DNA from: Desulfobacterales bacterium
GTDB lineage: Bacteria > Desulfobacterota > Desulfobacteria > Desulfobacterales > JAHDSC01
Reading direction: 5' to 3'
DNA length: 64,000 bases
Assembly: GCA_016931455.1 (NCBI GenBank)
Contig: JAFGES010000095.1
Coordinates: forward strand, 12,487-76,486
A model generated the notes under the pieces. The model was not told where the DNA came from and searched no databases. It worked only from the letters and a program-made list of their open reading frames with translations. This document shows, in pieces, positions 28,250 through 38,542 of the stretch (positions are counted from its first letter, which is position 1; each line of letters starts with the position of its first letter). Both the position numbers and the translations under genes were made by a program.

Positions 28250-29305
28250 ATGGCAAAAATTGATTTTGGCGGTGTTCTAGAAGAAGTGATCACCTCTGAA
28301 GAATTTTCACTTGAAAAAGCAAGGAAAGTCCTCAAAGATGAAAAAATTACGATACTCGGTTACGGTGTTCAAGGACCCGCTCAGGCTTTAAACCTCAAGG
28401 ATAATGGTTTTGAGGTGATCGTGGGACAACTTGAAGGGGATCAATACTGGAATCGAGCTGTTGCTGATGGATTTATCCCCGGTCAAACCCTTTTTCCGAT
28501 TGCGGAGGCTGCACGCAGGGGCACCGTTATTCAGTATCTTCTTTCAGATGCAGGACAGGTTGCAACCTGGCCGGAGGTTAAAAAATGTTTGAACCCGGGT
28601 GACGCACTTTACTTTTCACACGGATTTTCAATTGTTTACAAAGATCAAACCGGTATTGTACCGCCTGATAATGTTGATGTCATTTTGGTCGCGCCAAAAG
28701 GATCGGGACGAACGGTACGTTCCAATTTTTTAGATGGTAGCGGTATCAATTCAAGTTTTGCCGTACACCAGGATTTTACCGGTAAAGCAAGAGAGCGCAC
28801 ACTTGCCCTGGGTATCGGTATCGGATCGGGTTATCTTTTTCCGACTACTTTTGAAAAAGAGGTTTTCAGCGATCTAACCGGTGAGCGAGGCGTTTTAATG
28901 GGATGCTTGGCAGGTGTGATGGAAGCTCAGTATAATTTATTGCGAAAGCATGGGCATAGTCCAAGTGAAGCCTTTAATGAGACGGTTGAAGAACTGACTC
29001 AGAGTCTTATCCGTCTAGTTGCTGAAAATGGTATGGACTGGATGTTTTCAAACTGCAGCACCACTGCTCAACGAGGGGCATTGGATTGGGCTCCGAGATT
29101 TAGGGACGCGGTTGTACCTCTGTTTGACGAACTCTATGAAAGCGTTATGAGTGGAAAAGAAACAAAAAGGGTTATTGAAGCCAATAGTGCTCCTGATTAT
29201 CTGATAAAGTTACAAAAGGAACTCGATACGATTAAGAATTCGGAAATGTGGAAAGCCGGTGCCGCAGTTCGGGCCTTAAGACCGGAAAACCGCAATAAAA
29301 AATAA
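28250..29305 (+). CDS. ilvC: Ketol-acid reductoisomerase
   Basis: ILGYGVQGPAQALNLKDNG Rossmann motif and IlvC C-terminal knotted-domain sequence. Confidence 0.95.
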   Translation: MAKIDFGGVLEEVITSEEFSLEKARKVLKDEKITILGYGVQGPAQALNLKDNGFEVIVGQLEGDQYWNRAVADGFIPGQTLFPIAEAARRGTVIQYLLSDAGQVATWPEVKKCLNPGDALYFSHGFSIVYKDQTGIVPPDNVDVILVAPKGSGRTVRSNFLDGSGINSSFAVHQDFTGKARERTLALGIGIGSGYLFPTTFEKEVFSDLTGERGVLMGCLAGVMEAQYNLLRKHGHSPSEAFNETVEELTQSLIRLVAENGMDWMFSNCSTTAQRGALDWAPRFRDAVVPLFDELYESVMSGKETKRVIEANSAPDYLIKLQKELDTIKNSEMWKAGAAVRALRPENRNKK

Positions 29306-29325
29306 AACTCTGAGGCAGTCACGTA

Positions 29326-29352
29326 CAAGGCTGGAAATGAAAACCAGCCTTG
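29326..29352 (+). other. Intercistronic stem-loop between ilvC and cimA
   Basis: CAAGGCTGG (29326-29334) pairs with CCAGCCTTG (29344-29352), a perfect 9-bp stem with a 9-nt loop. No U-tract follows. Confidence 0.5.
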
Positions 29353-29415
29353 CACGCCAATACTGCTTTGAAATACAGCAAGAAGAAAGTTTTTATTGAT
29401 AGGAAAGACAATGTA

Positions 29416-31011
29416 ATGGAACCGATAATGTTATACGATACAACCTTAAGAGATGGCACCCAAGGCGAAAACATCAGTTTTAGTGCTGAAGAAAAGATTA
29501 AAATTGCACAAAGACTCGATGACCTTGGAATACATTATATTGAGGGGGGGTGGCCCGGTTCCAATCCTAGGGATATGCATTTTTTTGATTTGGCGCGGCA
29601 GATAGAATTTAAAACCGCCCGGTTAACCGCCTTTGGCGCGACGCACCGACCCGGCATTGACCCTGCTGAAGATGAAAATTTAAAAGCGCTGATTGATAGT
29701 GGAGCCTCTTCGGTTACAATTTTCGGCAAGAGTTGGGATCTTCATGTGGAACAGGTCATGCATATTAATTTGGAAACAAATTTGTCAATGATATATGAAA
29801 CCATTGCATATCTAAAAACATATCATCGCGAGGTGATCTATGATGCCGAGCATTTTTTTGATGGTTATAAGGAAAATAGTGAATATGCAATAAAGACTCT
29901 GATGGCAGCTTTAAAAGGTGGCGCAGATATGATTGTTCTCTGTGACACAAATGGTGGAAGCCTTCCGTTGGAGGTGGAATCGATGGTTCGTGAAGTCCGC
30001 AAGATATTTTCGGAGAAATATGCTTCGATAACAAAAGAAATGTCGCTTAAACTCGGCATTCACGCTCATAACGACTGTGGGTTGGCGGTTGCTAATTCAC
30101 TATCGGCGGTAAATGCCGGCGTGGTGATGGTTCAGGGGACGATTAACGGATATGGAGAACGATGTGGGAATACGGATCTCACCTCAATTATTCCAATTAT
30201 TTGCCTTAAGATGAACTTTCCATGTATTTCCAAAAAAAATCTTAAAAAACTAAAAAAAATTTCAAGATTCGTCAGTGAAACGGCCAACATGATTCCCTTA
30301 AATACTCGGCCTTTTGTCGGTAAAAGCGCTTTTGCTCATAAAGGGGGTATCCATGTGAGTGCAATTATGAAAACACCTAGAACATACGAACATATGGCTC
30401 CTGAGCTTGTGGGAAATGAACGCCGCGTTTTGGTGTCTGATTTATCCGGTAAAAGCAATGTTGAATTCAAAGCCAAGGAATTAGGGGTTGAACTTGGATT
30501 TAATGGTTTTGACAGCCGTAGAATTGTTAACGAAATTAAAAACTTGGAACAGCAAGGATATCAGTTTGACGTTGCGGATGGATCATTCAAGATCCTGATA
30601 GAAAAATTTACTGAACAGTTCAAACCTCTATTTGAACTGGAATCTTTTAGGGTAACAATCGAGAAAGACAAAGATTTACCGTGTTCCGCCCATGCGACCA
30701 TAAAAATATCAGTGGGGGACCAAAAAGAGATCACCGCCGCTGAAGGGCATGGGCCGGTTAGTGCATTGGATAATGCATTGCGCAAAGCGCTGAATAAATT
30801 TTTTCCGGATCTGGATTCCATGCGCCTCGTTGATTTTAAGGTTCGTGTTATCGATGGGCGTGAAGGCACAGCAGCTAGAGTTCGAGTTTTCATAGAATCA
30901 AGGGACCATGATCACATTTGGAGCACAATTGGTGTTTCAGAAGATATCATCGAAGCTAGTTGGCAGGCACTTGCCGATAGCTTTCAGTATAAATTGTCAA
31001 AGGAAAGATAG
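29416..31011 (+). CDS. cimA: Citramalate synthase-type LeuA/CimA family enzyme
   Basis: MLYDTTLRDGTQGENISFS, HAHNDCGLAVANS and a long C-terminal regulatory domain, as in the Geobacter-type CimA subfamily. AGGAAAG lies 9 nt upstream of the ATG at 29416. Confidence 0.7.
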   Translation: MEPIMLYDTTLRDGTQGENISFSAEEKIKIAQRLDDLGIHYIEGGWPGSNPRDMHFFDLARQIEFKTARLTAFGATHRPGIDPAEDENLKALIDSGASSVTIFGKSWDLHVEQVMHINLETNLSMIYETIAYLKTYHREVIYDAEHFFDGYKENSEYAIKTLMAALKGGADMIVLCDTNGGSLPLEVESMVREVRKIFSEKYASITKEMSLKLGIHAHNDCGLAVANSLSAVNAGVVMVQGTINGYGERCGNTDLTSIIPIICLKMNFPCISKKNLKKLKKISRFVSETANMIPLNTRPFVGKSAFAHKGGIHVSAIMKTPRTYEHMAPELVGNERRVLVSDLSGKSNVEFKAKELGVELGFNGFDSRRIVNEIKNLEQQGYQFDVADGSFKILIEKFTEQFKPLFELESFRVTIEKDKDLPCSAHATIKISVGDQKEITAAEGHGPVSALDNALRKALNKFFPDLDSMRLVDFKVRVIDGREGTAARVRVFIESRDHDHIWSTIGVSEDIIEASWQALADSFQYKLSKER

Positions 31012-31290
31012 TCTCCAAGGTTCCTTTAATATACCATTTCTTATATACGAAGCGGTCTGAAATAAATCAAAATTATAGAATAAAAGAAAGAAGGTATCTC
31101 TTGAACAGGGGGAGAAAGAAAAATGCCGCGGGGCAAAATTTTGATACTGTCCCGCGGCCGATGCTTACTTTGATTTTGCTCACTGAATTGCGGTAATTTG
31201 TAGTCGGTTAAGGGATCGTATGGACTAACGACGGTAATGATTCATTAATCGATTAAGATGTTATAATTTTATAAAATATGGAGCGAAATC

Positions 31291-32829
31291 ATGAAAGAAT
31301 GCGTCATTATTTTTGATACCACTTTAAGGGATGGTGAGCAATCTCCGGGTGCCAGCATGAATACGGGTGAAAAAATGCGATTGGCCACCCAATTGGAAAA
31401 TCTGGGTGTTGATGTATTGGAAGCGGGGTTTCCTGCAGCATCTGAAGGTGATTTTGAGGCTGTTTCACAAATAGCAGGAAAATTAAAACATACCGAAGTG
31501 GCTGCGCTGGCACGAACTACTAAAAGTGATATCGATTGTGCTTGGAAAGCCATCGAACATGCAGCAAAGCCCAGAATACATACTTTTATAGCCACCTCTG
31601 ATATCCATATGGATTATAAACTGAATATGTCAAGAGATGAGGTGGTAAAAGCGGCTGTCGAAGCAGTTAAATATGCAAAGTCTTTTACGGACAACGTTGA
31701 ATTTTCTGCTGAGGATGGATCCCGTAGTGATCGAGATTTTCTGTGCAGAATTTTTGAAGCTGCCATTGAGGCCGGCGCCACAACCGTTAATCTGCCCGAT
31801 ACAGTCGGCTATGCGATTCCTCAGGAATTCGGCGATCTCGTGAGATATATCATGACCCACACGTCAAACATCCATAAGGCGGTTTTGAGCGTTCATTGTC
31901 ATAACGATCTTGGCCTTGCAACAGCCAATACGATTGCAGCAATTAGTGCCGGCGCAAGGCAGGCCGAAGTCACGATTAACGGAATCGGAGAAAGGGCCGG
32001 CAATACCTCTTTGGAAGAAGTCGTAATGGCATTGCATACGAGACCTAATTTTTTGCCGGTAACTACCCATATCAAAACCAATCATATCTATCCGGTCAGC
32101 CGGCAGGTCAGTATGATAACCGGTATCATGGTTCAACCCAACAAGGCGATTGTGGGGGCTAATGCATTTGCCCACGAGGCGGGTATTCATCAGGACGGCA
32201 TGCTGAAAAATCCCATGACATATGAGATTATGAAGCCGGAAACCATCGGTCTGAGCGAAAATAAACTTGTCTTGGGTAAACATTCGGGCAGACATGCTCT
32301 TCGGGCACATTTAAAGGATTTAGGTTATGATTTGAGTGATGAAGAATTAAAGATTGTTTTTTCAAAATTCAAGGAGCTGGCGGACAAGAAGAAAATTGTA
32401 GTGGATGAGGATTTAGAAGTGATTGTGACGGAAGGTGTCTTGCGGACTGCCGAGGTTTTTTCTTTGGAATACTTGAATGTGATCAGCGGCACAACGGTCC
32501 TACCCATGGCAAGTGTCAAAATGAAGGTCAATGGAAGATTGGTCCAAGGCGCTCGCTATGGAAACGGTCCCATCGATGCCACTTTTAACACCATCGCAGA
32601 TCTGACGGGCGAGAAGGCTGAACTGCTTCGGTTTTCAATTGCCGCGCTGACCGGTGGTACGGATGCTCAAGGGGAGGTTACGGTTCGATTGAGAGAAAAT
32701 GGTTTGATCGCACTCGGCAGGGGAGCTGATCCGGATATTATTACAGCCAGTGCTAAAGCCTATCTAAATGGATTAAACCGACTGGAATACTTGAAAGCCC
32801 ATCCGATCAAATCGATGGAAACCTTGTAA
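31291..32829 (+). CDS. leuA: 2-isopropylmalate synthase
   Basis: IFDTTLRDGEQSPG, HCHNDLGLATANT and a LeuA dimerisation/regulatory C-terminal domain. Confidence 0.9.
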   Translation: MKECVIIFDTTLRDGEQSPGASMNTGEKMRLATQLENLGVDVLEAGFPAASEGDFEAVSQIAGKLKHTEVAALARTTKSDIDCAWKAIEHAAKPRIHTFIATSDIHMDYKLNMSRDEVVKAAVEAVKYAKSFTDNVEFSAEDGSRSDRDFLCRIFEAAIEAGATTVNLPDTVGYAIPQEFGDLVRYIMTHTSNIHKAVLSVHCHNDLGLATANTIAAISAGARQAEVTINGIGERAGNTSLEEVVMALHTRPNFLPVTTHIKTNHIYPVSRQVSMITGIMVQPNKAIVGANAFAHEAGIHQDGMLKNPMTYEIMKPETIGLSENKLVLGKHSGRHALRAHLKDLGYDLSDEELKIVFSKFKELADKKKIVVDEDLEVIVTEGVLRTAEVFSLEYLNVISGTTVLPMASVKMKVNGRLVQGARYGNGPIDATFNTIADLTGEKAELLRFSIAALTGGTDAQGEVTVRLRENGLIALGRGADPDIITASAKAYLNGLNRLEYLKAHPIKSMETL

Positions 32830-32851
32830 GCGGTTCATTTAATGATAAAGC

Positions 32852-32872
32852 GGGCGGGGGTAAACCCCGCCC
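32852..32872. terminator. GC-rich hairpin between convergent leuA and pyrD
   Basis: GGGCGGGG (32852-32859) pairs with CCCCGCCC (32865-32872) across the loop GTAAA. No clear U-tract on either strand. Confidence 0.45.
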
Positions 32873-32883
32873 ATAGACGGATG

Positions 32884-33819
32884 TTACTGAGAAAAGGTTC
32901 CGATGATATCCGTTAAACAGGTGATTTTTTTTTCAATTAGGTATTTTTTTATTCCTTCAAGAATATCGATTGTGGTATGCGGGTTTATAAAATTGGCCGT
33001 TCCGACCTGAATTGCCGCCGCACCGGCTATCAAAAATTCAAGGGCATCTTCTGCCGTCATGATGCCGCCGACACCGATAACCGGAATTTTTACTTTCTGA
33101 ACCACCTGCCATACCATGCGCAGGGCAATCGGTTTGATTGCCGGACCCGAAAGCCCACCGGTGATGTTGGCGAGTTTTGAGCGTCGAGTCTCAATGTCAA
33201 TGACCATGCCGGTTAGTGTATTAATCAACGAAAGCGAATCCGCGCCGGCAGCCTCCACACGCGCTGCAATTTCCGTGATATCGGTTACGTTGGGAGATAG
33301 TTTGACCATAAGTGGTCGCGTGATTTTTTGTCTGATCGCCTTGACCACTTTGTATGCGGATTCAGGATCGACACCGAATGCTATTCCACCTGCCTTTACG
33401 TTAGGACATGAGATGTTTACCTCAATACCGGCTATCCCTTCAGTCGTGTTCAGACTTAGCGCCAATTCTTCATATTCTTCGATACTTTTTCCATAAATAT
33501 TGACAAAGATCGGTGTTGAGAGGGTTTTTAAAAATGGAAGCTTTTCGTTGACAAATGTTTCTAAGCCGACGTTTTCGAGTCCGATGGCGTTTAACATACC
33601 ACAAGCGGTTTCAACAATTCGTGGTGGCGGATTTCCTTTGGTAGGCTTCAGTGAAAGGCCTTTGACAATAATAGCGCCAAGACGATTTAAATCAATTAGT
33701 TTTTTAAATTCATCGGCATATCCGAACGTTCCGGATGCGGTCATGACAGGATTTTTTAGCTCTATTCCACCGATATTCGTCCTTAAGTCAGGACCATTCT
33801 GATCGCTCATGTAGCTCAT
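32884..33819 (-). CDS. pyrD: Dihydroorotate dehydrogenase, class 1 catalytic subunit
   Basis: NPVMTASGTFGY, NISCPNV and GGLSGPAIKPIALR motifs. No pyrK-like partner is adjacent. Confidence 0.85.
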   Translation of the reverse strand: MSYMSDQNGPDLRTNIGGIELKNPVMTASGTFGYADEFKKLIDLNRLGAIIVKGLSLKPTKGNPPPRIVETACGMLNAIGLENVGLETFVNEKLPFLKTLSTPIFVNIYGKSIEEYEELALSLNTTEGIAGIEVNISCPNVKAGGIAFGVDPESAYKVVKAIRQKITRPLMVKLSPNVTDITEIAARVEAAGADSLSLINTLTGMVIDIETRRSKLANITGGLSGPAIKPIALRMVWQVVQKVKIPVIGVGGIMTAEDALEFLIAGAAAIQVGTANFINPHTTIDILEGIKKYLIEKKITCLTDIIGTFSQ

Positions 33820-33939
33820 ACTTTAAATTATTACAAAATCAACGTTGCTTTAAATAAGTACAAAAAAAATCCAATTGGGTATAAAACTTCCTCTCTTTTT
33901 ACTCTATAGCTTCCAAGGCGGCTGCGTCAACTCAGAATT

Positions 33940-34746
33940 TCAAACGGAAGTCGTTTTTGTTGAACATTTCAACCGGTGAACTTTTTCCGCAAGAATTGTC
34001 GGCAGATTCGGTTGATCCAGGTTTATTTCAATCAACCGTTCAAAAGCACTTCCGACAACAACACCATCGGCAAAACTAGCGATGGACTTCACATCAGCAG
34101 CCGTGGAAATCCCAAACCCGACACAGACCGGAAGCTGGGTGATCGAGTGCAATGTTTTTATCTTATCGTCGATTTCTTTTGAATCGAGTCCATCACTTCC
34201 GGTTACTCCGGTTTTAGAAACAAAATATAGAAAACCGGAGGCGGATTGGGCAATCCGGGCCATTCGTTCAGTGGGGGTAGTCGGAGCGATCAGTCGAATG
34301 AGGGATAGTTCATTTGTAGACCAACAGGATGTCATTTCCATCGATTCTTCCGGTGGAAGATCCACGACCAACATTCCATCCACCTCTGATGCAAGTGCAT
34401 CGTTATAAAAAGCAGATATACCGTAGGAAAAAATAGGATTATAATAACTAAATACAATGATAGGGATATCCGTTTTTTTTCTTAGCTTGCGAGTCATCTC
34501 AAATACAACTGCAATATTTACACCCTGTTTCAACGTCCTTGCGGATGAACGTTGAATGACCGGACCGTCCGCCGTCGGATCTGAAAATGGAACACCCAAT
34601 TCCAAGATGTCAAGGCCGGCATCTATCATTGCTTCAATAATACGCAATGACTCCTCAATGTTGGGGTCACCGGCGGTCACAAATCCAACCAATGCTTTTT
34701 CTTTTTTCTTTTTAAGCGTTTTAAATGTGCTATCAATACGATTCAT
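33940..34746 (-). CDS. trpA: Tryptophan synthase alpha chain
   Basis: LGVPFSDPTADGPVIQ, GFGIS. Last gene of the trp operon. Confidence 0.9.
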   Translation of the reverse strand: MNRIDSTFKTLKKKKEKALVGFVTAGDPNIEESLRIIEAMIDAGLDILELGVPFSDPTADGPVIQRSSARTLKQGVNIAVVFEMTRKLRKKTDIPIIVFSYYNPIFSYGISAFYNDALASEVDGMLVVDLPPEESMEMTSCWSTNELSLIRLIAPTTPTERMARIAQSASGFLYFVSKTGVTGSDGLDSKEIDDKIKTLHSITQLPVCVGFGISTAADVKSIASFADGVVVGSAFERLIEINLDQPNLPTILAEKVHRLKCSTKTTSV

Positions 34747-34754
34747 TTGCGTTT

Positions 34755-35966
34755 TTACTCCTTTTTCCCCTTGTTTTCTTCGGATAAGATAATATTCAGA
34801 TCCTTGTCGCCTCTTCCGGAAAGGTTTACTACGATAATATCTGTTGCAGGTCGGCGTCGAGCTTCAATCATAGCTTGAGCAACGGCGTGTGCGCTTTCAA
34901 GAGCCGGAATGATGCCTTCCAGCTTGCAGAGCTTGTGAAAGGCTTCAATTGCCTGATTGTCATCGACGGCAACATAATGAACTCTTCCCAAATCTTTTAA
35001 CAGCGCATGTTCAGGTCCAACCCCGGGGTAGTCCAAACCGGCTGAGATTGAATGGGCCTCTAAAATTTGTCCGTTAGCATCCTGCAGAACGTATGATTTA
35101 GAACCATGTAAAACGCCTAAGGATCCTGCAGTCAACGTTGCGGCATGCTTTCCGGTCTCGATGCCTTTACCTGCGGCTTCAACGCCTACCATTTCAATGG
35201 AATCTTCCATGAAGGGGTAAAAAAGTCCCATTGCATTGCTTCCGCCTCCCACGCAGGCGATCAACATATTCGGAAGGTTGCCGGTTAGTTCAAGAATTTG
35301 TCTGCGCGCTTCAATACCGATTATCTTTTGAAAATTTCGAACCATCAAGGGGTAAGGGTGGGGCCCGGCAACCGAACCAATCACATAAAAGGTGTCTCGA
35401 ACCGCTCCGACCCAGAAACGCATTGCTTCATTCATCGCATCCTTGAGCGTTCCGGAGCCCGAATCAACCGGCATAACCTCGGCTCCCAGAAGCTTCATGC
35501 GCTGAACGTTGGCCGCTTGACGCCGAATATCTTCCAGCCCCATAAAAATTCGACATTCCATACCCAGTAATGCCGCCGCTGTTGCCGTTGCCACGCCATG
35601 CTGTCCGGCGCCGGTTTCGGCAATAAGTTTTTGCTTTCCCATATGCCTAGCAAGTAAGGCTTGTCCTAATGTATTGTTGATTTTATGGGCACCACTATGA
35701 GCCAGATCTTCACGCTTAAGGAAAATAGAAGCTCCTTTCACATGATTGCCCAACCTTTTTGCGTGAAAAAGAGGTGTGGGGCGGCCGACATAATGACGTA
35801 GTAGTTTTTGAAATTCTGATTGAAAAGCCTGTTCATTTCCAATTTGATTGTAGGCCTCTTCTAGTTCCAATATGGCGGGCATGAGTGTTTCGGCGACATA
35901 ACGACCTCCGTATGGACCAAAATGGCCTTTTGAATCCGGGTAAGACCCTATCGTAAATGTATTCAT
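34755..35966 (-). CDS. trpB: Tryptophan synthase beta chain
   Basis: [22 protein letters not shown] (PLP lysine), GGGSNAMG. Confidence 0.95.
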   Translation of the reverse strand: MNTFTIGSYPDSKGHFGPYGGRYVAETLMPAILELEEAYNQIGNEQAFQSEFQKLLRHYVGRPTPLFHAKRLGNHVKGASIFLKREDLAHSGAHKINNTLGQALLARHMGKQKLIAETGAGQHGVATATAAALLGMECRIFMGLEDIRRQAANVQRMKLLGAEVMPVDSGSGTLKDAMNEAMRFWVGAVRDTFYVIGSVAGPHPYPLMVRNFQKIIGIEARRQILELTGNLPNMLIACVGGGSNAMGLFYPFMEDSIEMVGVEAAGKGIETGKHAATLTAGSLGVLHGSKSYVLQDANGQILEAHSISAGLDYPGVGPEHALLKDLGRVHYVAVDDNQAIEAFHKLCKLEGIIPALESAHAVAQAMIEARRRPATDIIVVNLSGRGDKDLNIILSEENKGKKE

Positions 35967-36661
35967 TAAAAAATTCTCCTTGATTTTTTATTAAATTCTC
36001 CTTGAAAAACCGCCTGGGTAAAGGACTTAACTTTTTCTAAGTCTTTTCGGCCCGGTATCCGCTCGACACCTGAGCTGACATCCACAGCGTCGGGGTTACT
36101 GACCTTTATAGCAGCGGTGATATTATTAGGAGTAAGTCCCCCGGCAAGAATGAGCGGATATTTTTTGCCGAAATCTTTAACAACTTCCCAATTCCATATT
36201 AATGCATTACCGCCGGGAAGCGGGCCTTTGCCGTATTCAAGCAAATAAGCGGAGGCCTCATAATTTGAAACATCTTTCAAAGACGGTTTGCTCTTGACAA
36301 ATAATGCCTTAATGACAATAAGATTTTCTTTACGAAGGCGCTGCACGAGTTCGGGAGATTCCTGTCCGTGCAGCTGAACGGCATCAAGTAGGCAGCCTTC
36401 AACTATTTGCATAATTTCAGAATAGGTGTGATTGACAAAAACGCCGACTGATTTCACATTTGGTGGAACGGCCTGACAAATTTCCTTGGCTTGGTATTGA
36501 GTCACATACCGGGGACTTTTGGGATAAAATACAAACCCCACCGCATCCACCCCAAGTGATGCGCATGCCAACATTTCATCCACAAGGGTCAGCCCGCATA
36601 CTTTTATCTGTATCTGAGATTTTATTGCCATTTTCCCCAACAAATTTTGATTGTAATTCAT
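35966..36661 (-). CDS. trpF: Phosphoribosylanthranilate isomerase
   Basis: IKVCGLT...DAVGFVF and LAGGL motifs. An ATGA start/stop overlap with trpC lies at 36658-36661. Confidence 0.85.
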   Translation of the reverse strand: MNYNQNLLGKMAIKSQIQIKVCGLTLVDEMLACASLGVDAVGFVFYPKSPRYVTQYQAKEICQAVPPNVKSVGVFVNHTYSEIMQIVEGCLLDAVQLHGQESPELVQRLRKENLIVIKALFVKSKPSLKDVSNYEASAYLLEYGKGPLPGGNALIWNWEVVKDFGKKYPLILAGGLTPNNITAAIKVSNPDAVDVSSGVERIPGRKDLEKVKSFTQAVFQGEFNKKSRRIF

Positions 36662-37482
36662 TCGTTTTTGAACCCCATGAGGTTTTTAAGAAAAATTTGT
36701 GAATTTGGAGCCGTAACCAGACTTTCTCCAATCAGAAAATTGTGGATTCCCGCTTCTTTAATTTTTTCGATATCTGCTCGAGTATGAATTCCGCTTTCCG
36801 CGACGGCAATTTGATTTGGTTCAATTAGGGGTGCCATGTTAACGGCGGTTTCAATATGGGTTTCAAAAGAATGCAAATTGCGGTTATTGATGCCGATAAG
36901 ATATGCGCCGGCTTCAGTAGCGGATTTTAGATCTTCTTCCGAATGTATTTCTACCAGAGCATCCAGTTCAAGCTCGGAACAAAGGCTTAAATAATCCCGG
37001 AGTTGTGCCTGCGTAAGAAGTCCGGCGATTAAAAGAACTGCGTCCGTTTCTATTAATGACGATTCGTAAATTTGATAGGAAGAAATTAGAAAATCTTTTC
37101 TAAGGACCGGCAGCGATGTGGCCTGCCGCGCCGTTTTTAAGTCTTTGACACTGCCTTGAAAGAAAGTTTGATCGGTCAGAATGGAAAGCGCGGCCGCTCC
37201 TCCTTTTTCATATTTTTTGGCATATTGGGCTGGATCCAATGCCGAATTTAAAATTCCTTTAGAGGGAGATGCGCGTTTGATTTCAGCGATAATATTGATT
37301 CCGGATGGTCCGGGTTCTGAAAGTATTTTTAAAAAAGGACGTCGTTTCCCGAACGTATATGCTTGCGCTCGTAGATGACTTTCGGGTAAAGTTTTTCGAG
37401 CTGTTGCGATCTCTTCTTTTTTATGTTCAACAATTTTTTCCAAAATACCGGCTATCATATTTGTAAATTCCTTTTCAGCCAT
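36658..37482 (-). CDS. trpC: Indole-3-glycerol phosphate synthase
   Basis: IIAEIKRASPSKG, LRKDF, IGINNRNL. Confidence 0.9.
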   Translation of the reverse strand: MAEKEFTNMIAGILEKIVEHKKEEIATARKTLPESHLRAQAYTFGKRRPFLKILSEPGPSGINIIAEIKRASPSKGILNSALDPAQYAKKYEKGGAAALSILTDQTFFQGSVKDLKTARQATSLPVLRKDFLISSYQIYESSLIETDAVLLIAGLLTQAQLRDYLSLCSELELDALVEIHSEEDLKSATEAGAYLIGINNRNLHSFETHIETAVNMAPLIEPNQIAVAESGIHTRADIEKIKEAGIHNFLIGESLVTAPNSQIFLKNLMGFKNE

Positions 37483-38491
37483 TTTCTCTGGTAAAGCGGA
37501 TTAGCGCGTCCAATTTTTTAGCGGCAGTGCCTTCATCAATGCAAGTTTCTGCTTGGTGAATCCCTTCCGTTAAATTTTTTGCTTTTCCAGCCGCTACCAG
37601 AGCTGCTGCAGAATTCAACACTACCACATTGCGTTTGGGCCCCTTTTCGCCACTGAAAATTCGATCGGTTATTTCTGCGTTTTTTTCGGCATCTCCGCCT
37701 ATTAGTTCTTCAGGATTAGCTATTTCTCCAAAAAATTGCTCCGGAAATATATCATAGGTGCGTATAAGCCCATCTTGAAGTTCGCTGACACGTGTCGGTG
37801 CGCACACTGAAATTTCATCTAGTCCGTCATGTCCATGAACGACAATGGCTCTTCGGGTACCCAAGAGTCGGAGCGCTTGAGCAAACATCTCCGTTAATTC
37901 CGGAGTATAAACCCCCAGAAGTTGACAATTGGCTCCAGCTGGATTGGTAAGCGGCCCAAGCATATTGAAAATACTACGAATACCCACTTCTTTTCTGGCC
38001 TTGGCCGCATATCGCATCGCACTATGATAAAGAGGCGCAAAAAGGAAGCCGATACCGATGACTTGAATTGCTTCTTCAACAATTTCAGGATCGGTATCCA
38101 ATTTCATGCCCATAATCTCTAAGAGATCAGCACTGCCGCATCGGCTCGAAACGGAACGATTGCCATGCTTGGCAACGGTAATACCACAACCTGATACAAC
38201 GAAGGCGGTCGTGGTGGAAATATTAAATGTTTGTATTCCGTCGCCACCTGTGCCGCATGTGTCTACCACAGTTGAAGCCGAAGTTTGAATTCGTAAAGCG
38301 CTACGGCGCATGGCTCGGGCTGCGCCGGCCAATTCTTCAAAGGTTTCCCCTTTTGTGGAAAGAGCGCCCATAAACGCTCCGATTTGAGCGTCATTAATTT
38401 TACCTGTAAAAATTTCAGTCATCATTTGGGCCATTTCCGTTTCATTTAAATTTATTTTTTGGACAATTTTACTAAGATTTTTCCGAAACAT
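37475..38491 (-). CDS. trpD: Anthranilate phosphoribosyltransferase
   Basis: DTCGTGGDG, KHGNRSVSS, GPLTNPA. Confidence 0.9.
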   Translation of the reverse strand: MFRKNLSKIVQKINLNETEMAQMMTEIFTGKINDAQIGAFMGALSTKGETFEELAGAARAMRRSALRIQTSASTVVDTCGTGGDGIQTFNISTTTAFVVSGCGITVAKHGNRSVSSRCGSADLLEIMGMKLDTDPEIVEEAIQVIGIGFLFAPLYHSAMRYAAKARKEVGIRSIFNMLGPLTNPAGANCQLLGVYTPELTEMFAQALRLLGTRRAIVVHGHDGLDEISVCAPTRVSELQDGLIRTYDIFPEQFFGEIANPEELIGGDAEKNAEITDRIFSGEKGPKRNVVVLNSAAALVAAGKAKNLTEGIHQAETCIDEGTAAKKLDALIRFTRENG

Positions 38492-38542
38492 GTTAAATAT
38501 TCCTTTCTCTCTAAATTCAATCAGACTCTAATCAAATTAAAA

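Noticed and set aside
31012-31290. Possible T-box riboswitch upstream of leuA, considered because Leu T-boxes have been reported in some deltaproteobacteria.
   Set aside because: I could not find the conserved T-box sequence (GGUGGNACCGCG-like), an AGAGA or specifier-loop arrangement, or a terminator/antiterminator pair.
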